From positions 1-51,543 of IMG/VR virus record IMGVR_UViG_3300024054_000001: a stretch of 51,543 nt of DNA; one strand, given 5' to 3'. Shown piece after piece: positions 45,437 to 51,543 of the stretch. Every line of letters begins with the position of its first letter. Within the stretch, counting starts at the first letter, position 1. A program made the translations under genes and the position numbers. The DNA comes from a virus (taxonomy: Duplodnaviria; Caudoviricetes). The notes under the pieces are model-generated. The model did no database searches, was not told the DNA's origin, and worked only from the letters and a program-made list of their open reading frames with translations.

Positions 45437-47270
45437 ACCGGCGCTGCCGGTCGAACAGCACGCCCCTGGTCTCGACGCTCCCGCGGTCCCAACCGCGCGG
45501 CAGCTCGCCGGCGTCGAGCGGATGCTCGAGCAGGCCTCGCACGAGGTCACGCAGCTCGCCCGTCCGGCGCTCGATGCGTTGCTGCCTGCCCTGGCGCAGG
45601 CCCAGCGCGAAACGGCACAAGGGCTCGCCGCGTGGCTCAAGCGCGTCGAGAACGGTGACCTGCGGTACACGGCGCAGCAGCACCGGGTCGTGCTGCTGAA
45701 TCTTGAGCGCGCCTTTCGCACGATTCGCACGCTCGACCCGACAATGTCGGCGGCCCTCGAGCGCATGGGCGTGCAGGCGGGCCGACTGTCGGTCACGCAT
45801 CTGCAGAACGAGGTCGCCCGGCTCTCGGAGATCTTCGAGGGCAGCGTCCGTCGAGTCCCGATCGACGTCGCCGGCGTGGTCGCGACCGGGCAGTCGTTCA
45901 TCATCCCTCGAGTCCGGACATCGGCCGCGCGGTATGCCGGCCAGGTCCGCGACGACATTCAGCGCGAGCTGGCTGTCGGGATCCTCCGCGGCGAGTCGAT
46001 CTCCGCGACGATCGACCGGCTCGTCCGGCACGGTGGCCCCCGAGGCGAGGTCGCGCTGCGAGGCGTCGCCGGCGAGCCCGGCGCTGTCACCGAGCACATC
46101 GCCGAGGGCCTCTTCCGTCGATACCGCTACTGGGCCGAGCGCGTCGTCCGTACGGAGACGCAGTCGGCGTACAACACGCATCTCGACCAGGGCTTTCGCC
46201 AGGCCCACCAGCTCATCCCGGACTTGGTGCGCCGGTGGGACGCGTCGCTCGATCTTCGCGTCTGCGAGATCTGCGCTGCGCTCCATGGCACGACGGCGCC
46301 GATCGGCGGGACGTTTCCCGACGGCTCGACGGGGGCGCCTCGGCACCCGAACTGCCGTTGTCGCGTCGGGGCGTGGCGCGCCGAGTGGAGCGAGATCCTC
46401 AATCCGCCTGCACCGCCGCCGCCGCCGGCCGCACCGACTGTGGTGCCAGCGACGCCCGCAGCGGCGCCGAAGCGTCGACGACGCACGCAGCCCGCCCCGC
46501 CACCGGATCCGTTCCGCGAATCGATGCGACGGGTCGCTGGTGCCCTGCGAAACATCACGCCTGCTGGCGGAAGCGATCTCGACCAGGCGCTGGTGCGAAA
46601 CCAGCTCCGCGCGCTCGTGCAGGAACTCGGGCTTGTCGATCGAGACGCGATGGCGTCGAGCGCCAATCGGTATCAGGTTCGGCCTCGATCGCGCATGCGC
46701 GGCGCTCGAGGCCTTCACAACACGGTGACCGGGCAGATCACGGTCTCGACACCCGTTCACAACGGAGCGAAGCGATTCGCGACAGCCGTCGCGACGGGCC
46801 GAGCCCCACGAGCGGTCGACGCGCACGACTTCCGGACGCTGCTCCACGAGACGGTTCACGGCCATTCGCCGATGGATCACTCGGTGTACATCGGCGTCGG
46901 ACGTGTGATCGAAGAGGTCAGCACCGAGTTGACCGCTCGGCGGATCGTGCGGCAGCGGTTCGGCGTCACGAGCGAACTGCTTCAGGCACCGCTCGGACCA
47001 GCCGACCCCAGCCGCCGCAGCTACGATCAGTGGATCGTCGCGGTGCGCCGGATCCTCGAAGCCGAGGGCTACACGGCGCGTGCGGCGATCGATGCGATGG
47101 AGGATGCGTCGATCACGCTTCGCCGATACGCCGGCCCGGTGATCGATCGGCCCGAGGAATACGCCCGGAAGTGGCTGGAAGGGCTTCCGCCACCTGATCC
47201 ACCGAACGACCGACTTGCTCGGGACGCTCGGAGGCGTAGGATCTTCGATCGACTGAAGGCTCTGCCATGA
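45423..47270 (+). CDS. MuF/SPP1 gp7-like minor head protein with C-terminal HExxH metallopeptidase domain
   Basis: AERVVRTE...AYN, VCEICAALHG and HPNCRC; Pro-rich linker; LLHETVH...IEE at 46845-46859. Confidence 0.85.
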   Translation: MATRRPALPVEQHAPGLDAPAVPTARQLAGVERMLEQASHEVTQLARPALDALLPALAQAQRETAQGLAAWLKRVENGDLRYTAQQHRVVLLNLERAFRTIRTLDPTMSAALERMGVQAGRLSVTHLQNEVARLSEIFEGSVRRVPIDVAGVVATGQSFIIPRVRTSAARYAGQVRDDIQRELAVGILRGESISATIDRLVRHGGPRGEVALRGVAGEPGAVTEHIAEGLFRRYRYWAERVVRTETQSAYNTHLDQGFRQAHQLIPDLVRRWDASLDLRVCEICAALHGTTAPIGGTFPDGSTGAPRHPNCRCRVGAWRAEWSEILNPPAPPPPPAAPTVVPATPAAAPKRRRRTQPAPPPDPFRESMRRVAGALRNITPAGGSDLDQALVRNQLRALVQELGLVDRDAMASSANRYQVRPRSRMRGARGLHNTVTGQITVSTPVHNGAKRFATAVATGRAPRAVDAHDFRTLLHETVHGHSPMDHSVYIGVGRVIEEVSTELTARRIVRQRFGVTSELLQAPLGPADPSRRSYDQWIVAVRRILEAEGYTARAAIDAMEDASITLRRYAGPVIDRPEEYARKWLEGLPPPDPPNDRLARDARRRRIFDRLKALP

Positions 47271-47440
47271 CGATCGCAAACGTCCCGCTGGATGACATCG
47301 ACGCAGCCGTGCGCTTCTACCTGGAACGCAAGGCCCGCGGCGGTGTGACCGAGGACGAGATGGAGATGCTCCTCATGGCGCAGCGCGATCCCGATGCGCT
47401 GCTGCGCAGGCTCGACGAAGTCGATCCGCCCAAGCGCTGA
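47267..47440 (+). CDS. small acidic protein (57 aa), candidate MuF-toxin immunity/partner
   Basis: ATGA overlap; MTIANVPLDDIDAAVRFYLERKARGGVTEDEMEMLLMAQRDPDALLRRLDEVDPPKR*; not in the ORF track. Confidence 0.65.
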   Translation: MTIANVPLDDIDAAVRFYLERKARGGVTEDEMEMLLMAQRDPDALLRRLDEVDPPKR

Positions 47441-47446
47441 ATCACA

Positions 47447-47542
47447 CATCGCTCCGATGCGATGAACGCGTCCCGCGCGCCACGGCGTGCGAGCGGGACG
47501 ACGGCACCCCCACGCCGCACGCGCACCTCGCGCGCAAAGAGG
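47447..47542 (+). promoter_or_regulatory. structured RNA leader upstream of the scaffold gene
   Basis: Hairpins CATCGC/GCGATG and CGTCCCGC/GCGGGACG, plus CCTC/GAGG pairing over the RBS. Confidence 0.45.
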
Positions 47543-47550
47543 CACCCATC

Positions 47551-48345
47551 ATGGGAGACGACAAGAAGCCCGCTGGCAACGACGGCGGCGCCGACGACAA
47601 CGACATCGACTCGAAGATCGAGGAGAAGGTCAACGCCGTCGTGAACAAGGCCGTGTCGACGCACGTGAAGCGCGCGCTCGCTGGCATCGAGAAGACGATC
47701 GCCTCGACAGTGTCGAAGGCGCTCGAGGCATCGAAGCCCGGGGACGACGCGAACGACGACGACGACCAGGCCGATGACCCGCCCGAGAAGCCCACGGCGA
47801 AGAAGACGCCTGCGCCCAACGGCGCGCCGACGTCGGGCCCCGACAAGGCGACCGCGAAGCGCCTGGCCGACCTCGAGAAGCGTCTCGGCGAGTCCGAAAC
47901 GGCCCGCAAGGCCGCCGAGGACAAGGCTCGGAAGGACGCCGCGCGAACGACGCTGCGAGAGCAGTTGGCCGCCGCGAAGGTTCGGCCCGAGCTGCTGCCA
48001 GCGCTGATGAGCCACCTCGAGGCGAGTGGCGCCCTGCGCTACGACGACGAGGGCAAGCCGAAGCTCGCAATCACTCGCTCGCGCATGAAGGGCGCGGACC
48101 CTGAAGAACAGGAGTTCGATCTCGCGGCCGGCGTGAAGGACTGGCTGCAGACGAACGATGCGAAGCCGTTCCTGCCCGCTCCCGCTGGCGCCGGAGCGCC
48201 CGCACCGAAGCCCGTGTTCGGAGCGGGTCTGCAGCGACCGGCCGCAGGCGCGGCGAAGAACACCGGCATGTCCGAGCAGGACGCGCTCGCACGCACGATG
48301 GCCTCGCTCAAGAGCGCCGGCGTCGACGATCTCAGTTTCGAATGA
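47551..48345 (+). CDS. capsid scaffolding protein
   Basis: Charged coiled-coil protein ending ...KPFLPA..GAG; directly before the capsid gene. Confidence 0.8.
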   Translation: MGDDKKPAGNDGGADDNDIDSKIEEKVNAVVNKAVSTHVKRALAGIEKTIASTVSKALEASKPGDDANDDDDQADDPPEKPTAKKTPAPNGAPTSGPDKATAKRLADLEKRLGESETARKAAEDKARKDAARTTLREQLAAAKVRPELLPALMSHLEASGALRYDDEGKPKLAITRSRMKGADPEEQEFDLAAGVKDWLQTNDAKPFLPAPAGAGAPAPKPVFGAGLQRPAAGAAKNTGMSEQDALARTMASLKSAGVDDLSFE

Positions 48346-48404
48346 TGCTCGACCGGCTCGCCATGGTGGCGGCCGTCAGCTGACGACCAAAAAAGGATTG
48401 CACC

Positions 48405-49433
48405 ATGGCTGACACCCCAGAGTCGCTTGCGACCATCACCAACGCGATGTCGCAGAACTTTCGTCCGCGTGTCGTGCGGACGTTCAACGCACGCGCGCAG
48501 CTTCTTCGGAGCCTGCCGATCGTGGCTGGCGAGGGCAAGAACATCGCCTTCGACGCCGAGTTCAACGACTCGGGCTCGATCGCCGAGGCGTTCGCGGACG
48601 GCGCCGACGTCGCGAACTACGGTTCGGACGTGCACCTGCCGGCGACGCTCGGCTGGGCGCTGTACCGATCGAACTTCAGCGTGACGGATCTCGCGCGCTC
48701 GGTCGCGCGAACGTCGCGCAGCCCCGACGGCATGCTGCGCTTGATGGCGCGGAACTTCGAGAACTCGATCCGCAAGCTCGCTGCGTACCTGAACAGCGAG
48801 GCGTACGTCGGACCGGGTTCGGGCAACCGCATGCTTGGACTCGACGGGCAGCTCGTCGACACGGGCACCGTGCTCGGCATCGACAAGAGCACGTACTCGG
48901 GCTGGCGCGCGAAGGTGATCGACCCCGGATCGCTGACGGCGCCGACGATCGCGTTGCTGCGCGACGACATCTCCGCGATCTACGACGCGTGCGGCGAGAG
49001 CCCGGACGTCGCGTTCTGTCCCACCGCGGTGTGGAACAAGATCGCATCGCTGTTCCAGGAGAGCCGACGGCTCGTCCAGGACGTGCAGACGGCCCGCGGC
49101 CTGATCCGTCTCGACGGCTCGGCGGGAGCGATCGAGATCGACGGCTGCGTGTTCATGAAGGACAAGGACGCGACCGCGAACCGGATCTACTACCTGAACT
49201 CGAACTACGTTCGGTTCGAGTACCTGCCGCAGCAGGACGAGGGAGACATGCTCCCCGAGGCTGCCCAGATGGTGGACCTCGACGACGGCTACGGAGCCTT
49301 CCCGCTCGGGATGAAGACGTATCCGATCGCCCGCGTCGGTGCTCGACGGAAGGTCTCGACTCAGGTGTTCCTGAACCTGGTGGTCGAGAAGCCGAACGCC
49401 TGCGGCATCCGCAAGAACGTCGCGACCACCTGA
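48405..49433 (+). CDS. major capsid protein (HK97 fold)
   Basis: 342 aa; G.G....MLGL, GID......W, IYYLN and NLVVEKPNACG; AAAGGA RBS; followed by a hairpin. Confidence 0.85.
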   Translation: MADTPESLATITNAMSQNFRPRVVRTFNARAQLLRSLPIVAGEGKNIAFDAEFNDSGSIAEAFADGADVANYGSDVHLPATLGWALYRSNFSVTDLARSVARTSRSPDGMLRLMARNFENSIRKLAAYLNSEAYVGPGSGNRMLGLDGQLVDTGTVLGIDKSTYSGWRAKVIDPGSLTAPTIALLRDDISAIYDACGESPDVAFCPTAVWNKIASLFQESRRLVQDVQTARGLIRLDGSAGAIEIDGCVFMKDKDATANRIYYLNSNYVRFEYLPQQDEGDMLPEAAQMVDLDDGYGAFPLGMKTYPIARVGARRKVSTQVFLNLVVEKPNACGIRKNVATT

Positions 49434-49440
49434 TCGTGAC

Positions 49441-49460
49441 CGGGGGCCTTCGGGCCCCCG
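49441..49460 (+). terminator. GC hairpin with UUCG loop after the capsid gene (attenuator or mRNA stabiliser)
   Basis: CGGGGGCC-TTCG-GGCCCCCG with no U tract. Confidence 0.6.
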
Positions 49461-49494
49461 ACGCAACCGCCCCAACCACTGGAGAACCCGAATC

Positions 49495-50250
49495 ATGGCA
49501 ACCGTCCTCCGCCGCGTTCATCCGCTCTGCACCGTCATCCGCGACAGCGCGAACCTCCCGAAGAAGCAACGTGGTGCGGTCGACATCCAGCGCGGCACCG
49601 CGACGCTCGTGTCCGGCACCGTCACCGTGTCGGGTGTGCGGCTAACCGCTGCGGCCCGCATCGTCGTCACCCGCATGACCAAGGCGGGCTCCGTCGCTCA
49701 CGGTCTGCTCGAGGTCCCCGCAGGCAGCCGAACCACGGGCGCGGCGGGCCAGTTCGTCATCAACGCGATCTCGGAGGCCGCCGGCGCGGTGGTCACCTCG
49801 GACGTGTCGACCGTCGACTGGATGGTGATCAACGAATTCCCCCACAACGACATCTCGGAGCGGACGATCGTGTCGCCCAACGCGACCGATCTCGCGACGT
49901 CGCTCACGCTGATCAACGAGATTCTCGCGGTGTACGAGTTCCACCGCGTGGACGACCTGGCGCACAAGGCCGCCGACACATCGAACCCGATCGCGGCGCC
50001 GCGCGCCACCGACCTGACCACGGCCCAGACGCTCGCCAACGAGCTGAAGGCCGACTTCAACCTGCACCGCGCGCAGGCCGGCGTTCACTTCCAGAACGAC
50101 GGCGGCAACGCGATCACGTCGGCCGACGCGACGGATCAGTCCTCGCTGAACACGCTCGCCAACGAGCTGAAGACGGACATCAACGCCCACTTCGGCGCGT
50201 TCGGCGCGCCGCTGGACGTCACGCCGTCGATTCGCCTGGTGGATGCGTGA
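49495..50250 (+). CDS. putative head decoration/head fibre protein
   Basis: Three ATD....TL.NE......N.H-like repeats; follows the capsid gene. Confidence 0.55.
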   Translation: MATVLRRVHPLCTVIRDSANLPKKQRGAVDIQRGTATLVSGTVTVSGVRLTAAARIVVTRMTKAGSVAHGLLEVPAGSRTTGAAGQFVINAISEAAGAVVTSDVSTVDWMVINEFPHNDISERTIVSPNATDLATSLTLINEILAVYEFHRVDDLAHKAADTSNPIAAPRATDLTTAQTLANELKADFNLHRAQAGVHFQNDGGNAITSADATDQSSLNTLANELKTDINAHFGAFGAPLDVTPSIRLVDA

Positions 50251-50708
50251 GCCGACTGGCGACGTACTTCCGGAACGACACGACCCGCACGCTCGACTTC
50301 GATGTCGAGGGCGAACGGTTCGTCGTTCCGCCGGGGGGCGGGTGCGAGATCCCTCGACGCTTGGCGTACGTCATTGCGTCGAGGGGCTTGCCGCTCACCA
50401 AGCTCGAGGACGGTGACGCGCTCCCCGGGGCGCTCGTCGAGCCGACCCGTGTCGCCGCGCGACCGAACCGCCCACCGCCTGGTGTGCACACCGGACGCGT
50501 CCGGCCCGAAGAACTGACCGAGAACACCGATGCCATGTTTGGCGTCGAAGACGATGAGACGGACGGCGAACCGGGCGTCGAGTCGTCCGAGCTTCCGGCG
50601 GCCGACGTGGCCGAGGAGTCCGATGGCGCAGCTGCGGTCGCAGCTGCAGTGAAGGACCTCGAAGCCCAGGGCGCGACTTTGCCCAAGGGCCGCAAGCGCG
50701 GCCGCTGA
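50247..50708 (+). CDS. hypothetical protein (acidic C-terminal half)
   Basis: GTGA overlap; head-completion region. Confidence 0.55.
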   Translation: MSRLATYFRNDTTRTLDFDVEGERFVVPPGGGCEIPRRLAYVIASRGLPLTKLEDGDALPGALVEPTRVAARPNRPPPGVHTGRVRPEELTENTDAMFGVEDDETDGEPGVESSELPAADVAEESDGAAAVAAAVKDLEAQGATLPKGRKRGR

Positions 50709-50715
50709 TCCGACA

Positions 50716-51078
50716 ATGGCCCTCACCGAGACGCAGAAGGCCCAGGTGCGCATGTATCTGGGCTACGAGCGCGCGCAGGACATCTATCCTGAGGTCGAGA
50801 GCAAGTTCGGGATTCTGAGTTCCGACGAGGAAGCCCAGATCATCGCGAAGATCACGTCGCTCGCGGATCTCGACACGCGGCTCGACACGATCGACACCGA
50901 CGGCACCCTCGAGGCGCTCAAGATCGACGAGATCGAACTGCGCGCCAACCCGCTCGAGCTGATCTACCGGCGCGGCCGCCAGCTCATCGCCGCGCTGGCA
51001 GGACTGATGGGCGTCGAGCCACTGCGGGACTACTACGGCGACTCGGCGCCGTGGAACGGCGCGTACGCCGTCGGGTGA
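50716..51078 (+). CDS. putative head-tail adaptor
   Basis: MALTETQKAQVRMYLGY helical 120-aa protein; expected position. Confidence 0.6.
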   Translation: MALTETQKAQVRMYLGYERAQDIYPEVESKFGILSSDEEAQIIAKITSLADLDTRLDTIDTDGTLEALKIDEIELRANPLELIYRRGRQLIAALAGLMGVEPLRDYYGDSAPWNGAYAVG

Positions 51079-51081
51079 TCG

Positions 51082-51525
51082 ATGGCCCTGCGCGACAACC
51101 TGCTCCCGGTTGCGAACACGCTGCGCGCGAAGGCGGAAGCCTTCGGCGTGCGGCGATACTCGGTGACGGTGCGACAGCGCACCTGGTCGGGCGGACGTCC
51201 CGGCCTCGGCACGATGACGCCGACGGACCTGACGCTTTCGCCCCGTCCGCGCGTCCGGGCGGTCTCCTCGAGGGAGATCGCGGCTTCGGGCGGGACATTC
51301 ACGCAGGGCGACCTGCGCATCGGACCGATCACGCCGTCGAATGGCGCCGGCGTCGGCTACACCGCGGCCCAACTCGCGCCGGACGTCTCGAGTGCCAACG
51401 GCGACGTGATGTACGTTCTCGTCGGCGACGACGGCACGACCGTGGCGCGCCTCGTCGACCGGCCGAGCGTCGACCGGTCGCTCGGATGGTTCGTCGTGGT
51501 GCGCCCCACGCGCGAGACGCCCTGA
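51082..51525 (+). CDS. putative head closure/stopper protein
   Basis: 147-aa beta-rich protein between the adaptor and the gp10-like gene. Confidence 0.55.
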   Translation: MALRDNLLPVANTLRAKAEAFGVRRYSVTVRQRTWSGGRPGLGTMTPTDLTLSPRPRVRAVSSREIAASGGTFTQGDLRIGPITPSNGAGVGYTAAQLAPDVSSANGDVMYVLVGDDGTTVARLVDRPSVDRSLGWFVVVRPTRETP

Positions 51526-51543
51526 TGGGCACAGTCAACGTCC
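51417..51543. repeat. second copy of the terminal overlap
   Basis: Identical to 1-127. Confidence 0.97.

Noticed and set aside
48374-48385. 12-bp palindrome CGTCAGCTGACG before the capsid RBS
   Set aside because: Single short occurrence with no second copy noticed; could arise by chance at this composition.

Overview
The window is an apparently complete, circularly permuted genome of a temperate, contractile-tailed (myovirus-like) dsDNA phage. It is very GC-rich (roughly 70% by eye). Bases 1-127 repeat exactly at 51417-51543, the usual assembler overlap, which gives a unit length of 51,416 bp. Module order on +: neck/tail (sheath, tube, frameshifted chaperone, tape measure), baseplate, fibre/receptor-binding genes interrupted by one antisense lipoprotein moron, and a four-gene lysis block. 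On -: attP, integrase, excisionase, a long early-left operon (tandem Fis-HTH protein, ParB-like protein, 3'-5' exonuclease, Bet-like recombinase) and the immunity region (ImmA/IrrE protease, membrane morons, XRE repressor). On + again: cro, CII-like, replication initiator, DnaB, RusA-like, terminase, portal, MuF, scaffold, capsid and head completion. The host is inferred, not shown, to be a myxobacterium (Myxococcota), from the Cys/Asp-rich MopE-type lipoprotein, the GC content and the Mx8/Mx9-like attP-inside-int layout. Most notable observations: (1) attP is the 3' half of tRNA-Lys(UUU) inside the integrase ORF, so integration should swap the Int C-terminus; (2) five promoters place the ATG 6-7 nt after the -10 box, suggesting a leaderless regulatory circuit; (3) MuF is fused to a HExxH zincin and followed by a small unannotated partner gene; (4) the lysis block has a membrane protein with an internal lipobox and no canonical spanins; (5) a two-gene membrane cassette is coupled to the repressor in the rexAB position; (6) an 18-bp palindrome of DnaA-box-like halves lies upstream of the induction protease; (7) a candidate ~60-nt sRNA sits next to attP. 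All functional calls come from motif recognition and gene order; no database searches were run.
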